From an uncultured bacterium (lineage in GTDB: Bacteria > Bacteroidota > Rhodothermia > Rhodothermales > DASSAV01), in NCBI GenBank assembly GCA_966250015.1, contig CBINFS010000003.1, forward strand, positions 76,047 through 140,046: 64,000 nucleotides of DNA. Direction: 5' to 3'. Both the position numbers and the translations under genes were made by a program. The notes beneath the pieces are model-generated. The model was not told the DNA's origin. It made no database searches and saw only the letters and a list, made by a program, of their open reading frames with translations. Shown here piece by piece: positions 9,520 through 19,129 of this stretch (position 1 is the first letter of the stretch; each line of letters begins with the position of its first letter).

Positions 9520-11460
9520 ATGGCGGAAGTAGTTGCAACCTATACCGGAAAGGACATCCAGGTCCTCGAAGGCCTCGAGCCGGTCAGGAAACGGCCCGGA
9601 ATGTACATCGGGGGCACCGGTAAGCCTGGGCTTCATCACCTGCTCTGGGAGATCGTGGACAATGCCGTCGACGAAGCGACGAACGGCTTCGCGTCGGTGA
9701 TCGAGGTCACCCTGCACAAGGATGGCAAGAGTGTCACGGTAACCGATAACGGCCGGGGTATTCCCGTTGATATCCATCCAGTCAAGAAGATCCCGACGCT
9801 CGAGCTGATCCTGACGACGCTCCACTCCGGAGGAAAGTTCGATACGTCGAACTACATCACGTCGGGTGGTCTCCACGGCGTCGGGTCGTCGGTCGTGAAC
9901 GCCCTTTCCGAGGAGCTTATTGCGACGATCAAAAAGGACGGCAAGACCTACCAGCAAAAATTCAAGCGCGGCAAGGTTGCGAGTAAGCTCAAGGTCATCC
10001 AGGAAAACTCGCGAGGGTCAGGAACGAGCATCTTTTTCCGCCCGGATCCCGAAATATTCGAATCCACTGAGTTCGATCCAAAATGGATCAGCGAAAACCT
10101 GGAGGTCAAGACCTACCTGAATCGTAACCTCCGGATCCTGTTCATAAACGAGCTGGAAGGAACCCGGCAGGAGTTCCATCACGAAGGGGGCATCCGTGAG
10201 TACCTGGGCCGGCTCGTGCAAGAGATGAAGGTCCGGCAGGTCCACGAGGACATGTTCGTCATCAGCCAGGATTCGCTTCAGAATGGGAGCCGCCTGGAGG
10301 TTGCCTTACAGTGGACGGAATCGACGAAGGAGGAGATTCGTTCGTTCGTAAACGGCATTCCAACGACCGACGGCGGCACTCACGAGCAGGGCCTTCGCGA
10401 TGCGGTCCGAAGCGCCGTGCGGGCATATATGGAAACGCACGAAATGATCCCGAAGAATCTGGACGTTTCGGCGGACGACATCCGGGAAGGCCTCGTCGGG
10501 GTGATCAACCTGTTTATGGTCGATCCCCAGTTTCAGGGACAGACGAAAGAAAAGCTCAACAACCCCTCGGCACGTTCGCTCGTGGTGAGCACGGTTCGCC
10601 TCGAGCTCGAACAGTACTTCAACGCCCACCCGACGACCGGCGAGGCCATTGCAACGCGGGTCATCCAGGCAGCGCGCGCACGCCATGCGAGCCGAACGGC
10701 GGCAAACGCCGTGCGTCGAAAGAGCAGCGTCAGTCACCGATTGAATTTGCCTGGTAAGCTCGCGGACTGCTCGTCGACCGATCCTACCGAATGCGAGCTC
10801 TTCATCGTGGAAGGCGATTCGGCAGGTGGGTCGGCAAAACAGGGGCGAGACCGGCGGTTTCAGGCCATCCTCCCGCTCAGGGGCAAGGTGCTCAACGCGG
10901 AGCAGGCAACGCTTCGAAAGGTGCAGGAAAACAAAGAGCTCTCAAACATTGTCCAGGCACTCGGATGCGGCGTTGGCGAACACATCGACCTGACGAAACT
11001 CCGGTACCACAAGGCGATTCTACTCATGGACGCCGACTCGGACGGGCACCACATTGCGACGCTGCTACTGACGTTCTTCTACCGGTACATGCGTCCGTTG
11101 ATCGAGCAGGGGCACGTGTACATCGCGCAGCCGCCTCTTTACCGGATTGATGTGGGGAAGGAGACGTACTGGGCGCTCGACGATCAGGACCGAGATAAGA
11201 TACTGGCAGACCTCAAGAAGGGGAGGAAGAACCTGAATGCCGACATCCAGCGTTTCAAGGGTCTCGGCGAGATGATGCCGGCTACCCTGAAGGAAACCAC
11301 GCTCGATCCCGCAAAACGTCGGCTTTTACAGGTAACCATACACGACACCGAACGTTTGATCACCGAGCAGATGATCACACAGCTCATGGGTCGCGACACG
11401 TCTGCACGGTATTCCTTCATCATGGATCACGCTGAAGAGGTAGAGGAGCTGGACGTTTAA
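9520..11460 (+). CDS. parE: Type IIA topoisomerase subunit B, ParE-like (GHKL ATPase + TOPRIM)
   Basis: VLEGLEPVRKRPGMYIGGT, LHHLLWEIVDNAVDE, the TOPRIM motif ELFIVEGDSAGGSAKQGRDR, and PLRGKVLN. It lies immediately downstream of the A subunit. Confidence 0.8.
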   Translation: MAEVVATYTGKDIQVLEGLEPVRKRPGMYIGGTGKPGLHHLLWEIVDNAVDEATNGFASVIEVTLHKDGKSVTVTDNGRGIPVDIHPVKKIPTLELILTTLHSGGKFDTSNYITSGGLHGVGSSVVNALSEELIATIKKDGKTYQQKFKRGKVASKLKVIQENSRGSGTSIFFRPDPEIFESTEFDPKWISENLEVKTYLNRNLRILFINELEGTRQEFHHEGGIREYLGRLVQEMKVRQVHEDMFVISQDSLQNGSRLEVALQWTESTKEEIRSFVNGIPTTDGGTHEQGLRDAVRSAVRAYMETHEMIPKNLDVSADDIREGLVGVINLFMVDPQFQGQTKEKLNNPSARSLVVSTVRLELEQYFNAHPTTGEAIATRVIQAARARHASRTAANAVRRKSSVSHRLNLPGKLADCSSTDPTECELFIVEGDSAGGSAKQGRDRRFQAILPLRGKVLNAEQATLRKVQENKELSNIVQALGCGVGEHIDLTKLRYHKAILLMDADSDGHHIATLLLTFFYRYMRPLIEQGHVYIAQPPLYRIDVGKETYWALDDQDRDKILADLKKGRKNLNADIQRFKGLGEMMPATLKETTLDPAKRRLLQVTIHDTERLITEQMITQLMGRDTSARYSFIMDHAEEVEELDV

Positions 11461-11481
11461 CGCAGATGGAGTCTTCCGCAC

Positions 11482-12285
11482 ATGAAAGCAGCCTTCGTGC
11501 AGTACAAACCGGTGTACCTCCAAGTCGATCAAAACCTCGATCGGGTTGAACAGCTCATCGAAGGGATCGACGCCGACTTGGTCGTACTGCCGGAAGTGTT
11601 TGCCACCGGCTATTATTTTAAGGATGCGGAAGACCTGAAAAAGGTGGCGGAGCCGCTCGACGACGGGAAGACGGCCAGACGGCTCGTTCAGTGGGCTGAA
11701 AAAACGGGCGCAACGTTCGTCGCGGGTTTTCCCGAGATCGACGGGGACGAGATATTCAACAGCGCGATGATCGTTTCAACGCAGGGGATCGTCGGGAGCT
11801 ACCGGAAAGTCCACCTCTTTTTTGAGGAGAAGCTTTGGTATTCGCCCGGAAATCTCGGATTTCCCGTTTTCCACGTAACCGACAGGAATGGCGAATCCTA
11901 TCAGCTCGGGGTGATGATTTGCTTTGACTGGTATTATCCCGAATCGGCCCGCAGCCTGGCGCTTGCCGGCGCAGATCTGATCGCCCACCCGTCCAACCTC
12001 GTCCGAAAGGACTGCCCAAGAGCCATGCCCATCCGTGCGCTGGAAAACCACGTGTACACGATCACGGCGAACCGTACTGGCAGAGAGGTGAAAAACGGCT
12101 CGACCCTCGAGTTCATCGGCCAGAGCCTCATTTGCAATCCAGACGGAGACGTACTGGTACAGGCCGGACGTGATGAGGAAACGGTCGGCATCGCCGAATT
12201 TGACGTCACGATGGCGCGTAACCGTCAGATCACGGACCACAACGACCTGCTTGCCGACCGCCGCCCCGATGCCTACGCACTTTAG
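11482..12285 (+). CDS. Carbon-nitrogen hydrolase (nitrilase superfamily)
   Basis: The E-K-C triad contexts are visible: VLPEVF, YRKVHLF, VMICFD. Confidence 0.85.
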   Translation: MKAAFVQYKPVYLQVDQNLDRVEQLIEGIDADLVVLPEVFATGYYFKDAEDLKKVAEPLDDGKTARRLVQWAEKTGATFVAGFPEIDGDEIFNSAMIVSTQGIVGSYRKVHLFFEEKLWYSPGNLGFPVFHVTDRNGESYQLGVMICFDWYYPESARSLALAGADLIAHPSNLVRKDCPRAMPIRALENHVYTITANRTGREVKNGSTLEFIGQSLICNPDGDVLVQAGRDEETVGIAEFDVTMARNRQITDHNDLLADRRPDAYAL

Positions 12286-12294
12286 ACTCTCGTA

Positions 12295-13278
12295 TTACGG
12301 AACTGCCGGTGACGGGATGCCCAGCACCTCGTGAAGCTTAGAGCGGATTCTGGCGGCGGGATCGGGATGGGTATCGGGCACGAAGGTCTGGCCCGTGACC
12401 GTTTCGTACAGCTCGATGTAGCGGTGTGACACCTCGACCCTGAAATCGTCCGGAAGGTCGGGAAGAACCTGGCCCTCCTTACCCTGAAAATCGTGGGCCA
12501 TCAGCCATTCGCGGACGAACTCTTTCGATAGCTGTCGTTGAGGCTCATCCCGTCGCAGCAGGTCTTCGTACGTATCCGCGTAGAAGTACCGTGAGGAATC
12601 CGGCGTGTGCACCTCGTCGATCAGGACAATGCGGCCGTCTGTCGTCCGGCCGAATTCGTATTTGGTATCGACGAGGATGAGCCCGTGCTCGGCGGCCATT
12701 TGCGTACCGCGCTCGAAAAGCCTGAGTGCCATGTCCTCGAGCGTATCGAAATCCTCCGCACTGATGATTTCCCGCTCGATAGCTTCCTCGCGGCTGACGT
12801 CTTCGTCGTGTCCCTCCGCCGCCTTCGTTGCAGGGGTCAGGATGGGCTCAGGCAGCTTGCTGTTCTGCTTCAGGCCCCCCGGCAGCGCCTTCCCACACAA
12901 CTCGCGTTTCCCGGCCTTGTACTCTCGCCAGGCATGCCCGGCAAGGTACCCGCGGACGACGAATTCAATGGGGAAGGGGGTGCACCGGAGGGCTAGCGTC
13001 ACGTTTGGATCGGGCACGTCGAGTACGGCGTTGGGCACGACGTCAGCCGTGTGCTCGAAAAAGTATGCCGCGAGCTGGTTGAGGACCTGACCCTTGAACG
13101 GTATGGGCTGCTTCAGAATGTAATCAAACGCCGAGATGCGGTCGGTAGTAATCAGTATCAGACGGTCGCCGTAGCGGTAGGTATCTCGAACCTTGCCTCT
13201 ATATCGTTCTCCAAACTCCTTGAAGTCCGTTTCGGCGAGCGTACGGCTCATCTGGTTGCGGATGAGGGCATCTTCCAT
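12295..13278 (-). CDS. purC: Phosphoribosylaminoimidazole-succinocarboxamide synthase (long form)
   Basis: GKVRDTY..LILITTDRISAFD and LVDTKYEFG motifs. The start could be the internal Met (MSRTL). Confidence 0.92.
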   Translation of the reverse strand: MEDALIRNQMSRTLAETDFKEFGERYRGKVRDTYRYGDRLILITTDRISAFDYILKQPIPFKGQVLNQLAAYFFEHTADVVPNAVLDVPDPNVTLALRCTPFPIEFVVRGYLAGHAWREYKAGKRELCGKALPGGLKQNSKLPEPILTPATKAAEGHDEDVSREEAIEREIISAEDFDTLEDMALRLFERGTQMAAEHGLILVDTKYEFGRTTDGRIVLIDEVHTPDSSRYFYADTYEDLLRRDEPQRQLSKEFVREWLMAHDFQGKEGQVLPDLPDDFRVEVSHRYIELYETVTGQTFVPDTHPDPAARIRSKLHEVLGIPSPAVP

Positions 13279-13326
13279 GGTGACCTTCCTCGGCAGGGTG
13301 GGAGGGACCGGCTCGCAGCCGGCGGA

Positions 13327-14358
13327 TCAGTCGGCAACACGCACTTTCCGGCTCGACTCGCGAACGTTGAGCCGGGGCGTGATCAGTACGGAAACCTTCT
13401 CGTCGGTGTTGATCCCCATCACACGCTGGATCAGGAGCTGGGTAGCCTGATAGCCCACGTCGTGCATGTTCTGATCGACACTCGATAGCCCGATGTATTT
13501 ACTGGTCTTGATGTCGTCATATCCGACAAGGGCGATGTCATCGGGAACAGATTTACCGGCATCACGAATGGCCTTCCAGGCTCCGATGGCCTGCACGTCG
13601 CTGCTGGCAAAAAGCGCCGTAATCGGCGGGTCGATTTCGAGCAGGCTTTGCATCGCCTCGTAGCCCGCCTCCTCACTGAAACCGGCGTGTTTGGAGGTCC
13701 GGCCACTATGGAGGAGCGACGGGTCAAACTCGATCCCGGCGGATTCGAGTGCTTCACGATACCCCTGAATGCGCTGGTCTTGCAGGGTGCTTTGAGAGTG
13801 GGTCGTGATCATCCCGATCCGGCGGTGGCCTTGCTTGATCAGGTGGTCGACAGCCGACCGTGCACCGGCCACGTTATCCCAGTAGAAGGAGTCAAACTCC
13901 TCCCACTTATAGCCAATGTGGACGACCGGTGCACCGAGCGCCTTGAGCTCGGCGGCGACTTTTTCGTCCTCTGGGAGCCCGGCGAGCAGGAGCCCGTCAA
14001 CCGTCCCGCGCTTCAGGAAATTCATCAACGTCCGGTGGACGTTGTCCCACCCAAGGTCACAGAGGAGCAGGTCGATGTCGTAATCGCGCAGGCATAGCCG
14101 GACGCCCTTCAGCATTTCGTTGTGGAAAGGCGTTGTAAAGGTCGGGGTTGCGATGGCCAGCGAACGCGTTTGCTGCTGCGCCAGACTTTTCGCCGTGCGA
14201 TCGGGCCGAAATTGAAGCTCTTCAATGGCCTTCAGGACGCGTTCGCGCGTCTGTTCCGACACGTCACTCGATTCGTTCAACACCCGCGATACGGTGGAGA
14301 TGGCCACTCCTGCCTTGTCGGCAACGTCATATATGGTAACTTTATGCTTTTCCAGCAT
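13327..14358 (-). CDS. LacI-family transcriptional regulator
   Basis: N-terminal HTH TIYDVADKAGVAISTVSRVLN plus a periplasmic-binding-like sugar-binding core. Confidence 0.92.
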   Translation of the reverse strand: MLEKHKVTIYDVADKAGVAISTVSRVLNESSDVSEQTRERVLKAIEELQFRPDRTAKSLAQQQTRSLAIATPTFTTPFHNEMLKGVRLCLRDYDIDLLLCDLGWDNVHRTLMNFLKRGTVDGLLLAGLPEDEKVAAELKALGAPVVHIGYKWEEFDSFYWDNVAGARSAVDHLIKQGHRRIGMITTHSQSTLQDQRIQGYREALESAGIEFDPSLLHSGRTSKHAGFSEEAGYEAMQSLLEIDPPITALFASSDVQAIGAWKAIRDAGKSVPDDIALVGYDDIKTSKYIGLSSVDQNMHDVGYQATQLLIQRVMGINTDEKVSVLITPRLNVRESSRKVRVAD

Positions 14359-14412
14359 GGGAGACTATTTATGTTAGATTTATGTGCAATATAAGGGATC
14401 ACTCAGCCCATA

Positions 14413-15288
14413 CTATTCAACGATCCGGTCGCCGGTTTGCGCTTCGTTTCTCAATTTCCAAAAATAATCAGCGGCGTCGTGAATAGCACGGGCTTTCGCG
14501 CTTCTGAGCGCCTCCGACACAAATGATTTGGCGAATTGGATGGCCTCGATCATGTTGCCGTTTCGCTCCAGACGCGACAATAACGCCATCAGGTATACAC
14601 TCGAAGCCCCGTAAGGTTGTATCCCGTCCTGACGAGGCGCTTCGAAAAGGCTAAAGTCGTTGCCGTCGAAGAAGAGGTCGTACGATGACGCAGGAGGCGT
14701 TTCATCAGCCTCGAAGAAACGTCCCGGTAACGATCCGAGGCGGAGCAGGATGGAGCGGGCGCCCATCAACTTGATGCGTTGTACGGCCACCTGGGCATCG
14801 TCGAGCGAATCGATCTGCATGCCGGTTAGACGGCTGGCATCGAAGCGGCGGAGGGTGACCAGATCCGGCATACTCATCGCTTCACGCATGACCTCGACGG
14901 TTTGCCGCCCGGCCAGATCCTCACCGCTGGGTCCGCTCAAGGTCACGTCAAAGATGATGGGCCCGCTGAATTGTTTGGATAATCGACGGAAAATCAATTC
15001 GGCTGTTGCGGCATTTCCCACAATGCCTATCTTCACGCAGTCCGGTCGTGTAAGCTCAAGCAGATGCCCGAGTTGCGAATCGATGGAATCGGTGGGTACT
15101 TCGAGCACCTCGGTCACTTTCCCATGGCTGGCCACGATGATCGCGGTGCAGACCGGGAGGGCGGAACCACCGAGAGCACCGGCGGCGAGTACGTCCGCTT
15201 TGAGACCGCGGTCGATGCCGCTATAAAGCGCACCAAAAACGAGGGGATGAAATTGATTTTTTTTAGCTTGTTTTTCTGCCTCTGTCAT
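14413..15288 (-). CDS. ThiD/PdxK-like ribokinase-fold protein with degenerate catalytic motifs
   Basis: Colinear with phosphomethylpyrimidine kinase, but the key motifs are substituted: GSDSGGGAG->[13 protein letters not shown]->GSL, GTGC->GASS. ATG 15288 (MTEAEKQ) is preferred. Confidence 0.55.
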   Translation of the reverse strand: MTEAEKQAKKNQFHPLVFGALYSGIDRGLKADVLAAGALGGSALPVCTAIIVASHGKVTEVLEVPTDSIDSQLGHLLELTRPDCVKIGIVGNAATAELIFRRLSKQFSGPIIFDVTLSGPSGEDLAGRQTVEVMREAMSMPDLVTLRRFDASRLTGMQIDSLDDAQVAVQRIKLMGARSILLRLGSLPGRFFEADETPPASSYDLFFDGNDFSLFEAPRQDGIQPYGASSVYLMALLSRLERNGNMIEAIQFAKSFVSEALRSAKARAIHDAADYFWKLRNEAQTGDRIVE

Positions 15289-15415
15289 TCCATTTTGGGT
15301 TTGGCCGACAAAAATGCCGGCCGGGCGACACGACAAGACTCGATATCTCCTGAGCGGCGCCTCGTTCAGACCTGAACTTGAAACAAACCACCATTGGCAT
15401 CGAGCAGTACATCAC

Positions 15416-16552
<1,137 letters not shown>

Positions 16553-16569
16553 TCTGCAAATTGGAGAAA

Positions 16570-16604
16570 CCGGGGGCAGCCAGTTGCGACTGCCTCCGGT
16601 TTTT
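16570..16604 (+). terminator. Rho-independent terminator after the ABC ATPase gene
   Basis: CCGGGGGCAG (16570-79) pairs with CTGCCTCCGG (16590-99), including one G-U pair. T5 follows. Confidence 0.8.
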
Positions 16605-16616
16605 CGTAGCTTCCAA

Positions 16617-16642
16617 TGTTTGATAATTATTCTTATCAAACA
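16617..16642. repeat. Perfect 26-bp palindrome, 10-bp arms + 6-bp spacer (dif-like recombinase core-site candidate)
   Basis: TGTTTGATAA-TTATTC-TTATCAAACA. The inner ATAA-N6-TTAT matches the conserved dif core. It lies 30 nt upstream of the recombinase ATG. Confidence 0.6.
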
Positions 16643-16671
16643 TTGATTATCACCAATCCACGGTGCTTTTG

Positions 16672-17622
16672 ATGGCGTCCGAACATCCCATACAACGATA
16701 CCAGGCAGAGATTACGGTTGGAACTGAGTCCAGCGGTCTCGACCTGCTCTCTGCCTTCTTGCAACGGTTCGACCGCGAGCAGACACGCCGCGCATACCGA
16801 AACGACATCTCGCACTTTTTTGAAAGCGAATACGTTTTGCTCGACGACGTTCGGCGAGTCTCGTTCCTTCACGTCAACGAGTACATCGCCCGATTGGAAG
16901 CCGCAGGATTGAAAGCGACGACGATCAAACGAAGGATTGCCGCATTGCGTGGATTTTTCGACTGGCTACTCGCTCTCGAACTCGTCGAAAGAAATCCGGT
17001 GAACCGGCAGTTCGTTCGGCGTGTACGCACCGTCAGGCGCCAGGATCAGACGATCTTTGTGCTCACCGCTCAGCAAGCCGAGGCGTTACTCGCCGCAACG
17101 GAGCTGTCCGGCGAAGCAGCAATACGTGACCGCACGCTGATGACCACGATGATCCATTGTGTGTTGAGACGATCGGAAGCGGCTGCAATGGACGTCGAAC
17201 ACATCAGACCACTCGGCCGCTACTGGGTGCTCGATTTGCCCAAAACGAAAGGCGGCGCCGACCAGTACGTAAAAGTGCCGACGCACGTGGTGGACGAGAT
17301 CGAAGCAATGAAAAGCCACTACGGGATCACGTCGGGGCCTCTCTGGCGTTCGTTCAGCCCCCGAAGCTTTGGTAAACGGCTCACCCCGCACTCGATCTAC
17401 CGGATCGTAAAACAGGCTGCCATACGGGCTGGCTTATCAAACTCTATCGGCGCACACACGCTGCGACATTCCGGATGCACACTGGCCATCGAGGCCGGCG
17501 CCACCCTTCAGCAGGTCCAAGCTCACGCAAGGCACAAAAACCTGGAAACCACGATGGTCTACATCCACCAGCGCGACCGGCTACGCGACAGCGCCGCGGA
17601 CTATATCCATATAAAAAAGTGA
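16672..17622 (+). CDS. Xer-type tyrosine recombinase/integrase
   Basis: N-terminal SAM-like core-binding domain (TRRAYRNDISHFF, TIKRRIAALRGFFDWL). Catalytic residues R (RRSE), K (KTKGG), HxxR (HTLRHSG), H (HKNLETT) and Y (MVYIH) are all present. Confidence 0.9.
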   Translation: MASEHPIQRYQAEITVGTESSGLDLLSAFLQRFDREQTRRAYRNDISHFFESEYVLLDDVRRVSFLHVNEYIARLEAAGLKATTIKRRIAALRGFFDWLLALELVERNPVNRQFVRRVRTVRRQDQTIFVLTAQQAEALLAATELSGEAAIRDRTLMTTMIHCVLRRSEAAAMDVEHIRPLGRYWVLDLPKTKGGADQYVKVPTHVVDEIEAMKSHYGITSGPLWRSFSPRSFGKRLTPHSIYRIVKQAAIRAGLSNSIGAHTLRHSGCTLAIEAGATLQQVQAHARHKNLETTMVYIHQRDRLRDSAADYIHIKK

Positions 17623-17685
17623 GTTATGCATTCTTGCAATAACGGATATATGCCTCCGAATACCGAATTATTCACTCCTTTTAGC

Positions 17686-17735
17686 AAAAAAAAGCGAACC
17701 TCGGAGGCGGAAACCTTCTGGCTCCACCTCCGAGG
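17686..17735 (-). terminator. Rho-independent terminator of the eRF1-like gene
   Basis: A 9-bp stem CCTCGGAGG (17699-17707) pairs with CCTCCGAGG (17727-17735). On the minus strand it is followed by T8 (complement of A8 at 17686-17693). Confidence 0.7.
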
Positions 17736-17758
17736 CTCATTTCGGTTGATTAGTTTGA

Positions 17759-18970
17759 TTAGCTCACCTCTGCTGCCACGCGAGCCGGGAATCGGAATGT
17801 TGCGGCCAGAGACGCGTTGACAGGCATGTTCTCCGGTTTTAGGGCGTGTACCGAGCCACCGTTCAGGAAGGTATGGACGGCGGCAAGGTCGAGCAGATCG
17901 TAGTCTCCCGTTTTCTGTTTGTCGTGGATGGTCACCGTGTTTGAATTCGGATCGTACCGTCCCCACGCCTGCCGGCCGACGGGTACGAAGATATCTTCGA
18001 TCCTGCTGAATACGGCGGCCGGCACGATCTCCTTGAGGTCGTCCGACGTCCGGTGATCATTTTTGGCGTGTAGCTCCAGGAAGCGCTTCGTTGCTTTTCT
18101 ACGATCCTCCTGGAAAACGGGCTCGACGATGCTCCAGGCTTTTTCGTGGAGCTGTTTGAGCTGCTTATTGGGCAGGTAATCGGGGCTACCGGAAACGATA
18201 CTTTCGTCAATAAGTCGAGGATAGCTGTTGACCTCCCGGTAAATTGGCAGGTAGTAGTCTACGCCGGCGAGGACAAGTGGCGCTTTATCGTCGCCTAGCA
18301 CCTTCATGATACCCTCGTCGATCTCCTGGAAGAATCGGTATAGCTCGTCTTTTGGACGTCGAGCGAGGTCGTCTTCGGACTGTCCGTGTCCGTGGAACGA
18401 CGTTCTGCTCTGATCCCGGTTGCCTTTCGCGGCTGGCCTGATCTCGGCTTCACGTCCCACAGTGACGTCGTACGACAGCGCCTCCTTTATGCTTTTGGGT
18501 ATGTCGTCGGATTTTAGCTCTTTGATGCTATATCGTGTACCAATGAAAAGGCGGACGGAATCAAGGCTGATCGCAACGATATAAAAATGGTTTTCGCTGT
18601 CAAGGAGTGGGAATAGCTGTTTCAGATGGAATCTTGAGCTCGTGACGACGAGCTCGGGGAACGGAATCGGGAGCCTGTAAATGCGTGAAAAGTTGGGAGC
18701 GAGAAAAATGGCGAGACCATCCTCCACGTTTCGCCAGTAGGTTTCACTTTCGACGAGGGACTGAGCGGGACGGAGGACGTCTTCAATTTCCGCATCCCTG
18801 AAGTCGTGCTCCTTCAGCTCAGCGCGAGCCTGTTTTAGAAGGTTTTTGAGCCGGATCGGGTTTTGTGATAGTTCAGATTCAACGTGAAAGGTCGGCATGT
18901 AGATCGAAACGCTCATTGGTTCCTGAACCTGCGCGAGCTCTCTCAACTGGTCTCTACTGAATTGGTCCAT
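17759..18970 (-). CDS. Bacterial archaeo-eukaryotic release factor (eRF1/Pelota-like, baeRF-type) family protein
   Basis: 403 aa. The N-terminus (..EPMSVSIYMPTFHV..QNPIRLKNLLKQA) matches the baeRF families as I remember them. The central SFHGHGQSEDDLARRPKDELYRFF aligns with the eRF1 segment HGRGGQSALRFARLR. The C-terminus FLNGGSVHAL resembles eRF1 domain 3 GG..ILRY. Confidence 0.6.
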   Translation of the reverse strand: MDQFSRDQLRELAQVQEPMSVSIYMPTFHVESELSQNPIRLKNLLKQARAELKEHDFRDAEIEDVLRPAQSLVESETYWRNVEDGLAIFLAPNFSRIYRLPIPFPELVVTSSRFHLKQLFPLLDSENHFYIVAISLDSVRLFIGTRYSIKELKSDDIPKSIKEALSYDVTVGREAEIRPAAKGNRDQSRTSFHGHGQSEDDLARRPKDELYRFFQEIDEGIMKVLGDDKAPLVLAGVDYYLPIYREVNSYPRLIDESIVSGSPDYLPNKQLKQLHEKAWSIVEPVFQEDRRKATKRFLELHAKNDHRTSDDLKEIVPAAVFSRIEDIFVPVGRQAWGRYDPNSNTVTIHDKQKTGDYDLLDLAAVHTFLNGGSVHALKPENMPVNASLAATFRFPARVAAEVS

Positions 18971-19129
18971 AGCGCTCTCGATTCATCTAACAGGTTATGA
19001 ACTGGTTATGCGGCGGAAGCCGCCCTAGATATGGTATGCAAAATTTCAGGTCCGGTTTGGCAGGAGGTTGTCACATTGGTGTAAATGGCCCCAACCCGAC
19101 CTGTATGTAGACCAGTTCTTCGAGAGACG

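Noticed and set aside
15330-15415. TPP-riboswitch-like fragments (CTGAGC ... GACCTGAAC) between the ThiD-like gene and the ABC ATPase gene.
   Set aside because: The fragments are on the plus strand, so they do not lead into the ThiD-like gene. The conserved UCUGGAUAAUGCCAGCG-type core and the pairing elements are absent.
17634-17660. Second dif-like half-site just after the recombinase stop (TTGCAATAA-CGGATA-TATGCCTCC). It would bracket the recombinase gene between two sites.
   Set aside because: It shares only the ATAA element with the 16617-16642 palindrome. The right arm is unrelated and lacks TTAT. The match is too weak to distinguish from chance.
16643-17762. TTGATTA motifs flanking the recombinase gene (16643-16649 TTGATTATCACC; 17746-17762 TTGATTAGTTTGATTAGCTCACC), considered as possible att-type direct repeats.
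   Set aside because: The shared core is only 7 nt in AT-rich intergenic DNA. The right-hand copy overlaps the stop region of the eRF1-like gene. This is not enough to call element boundaries.
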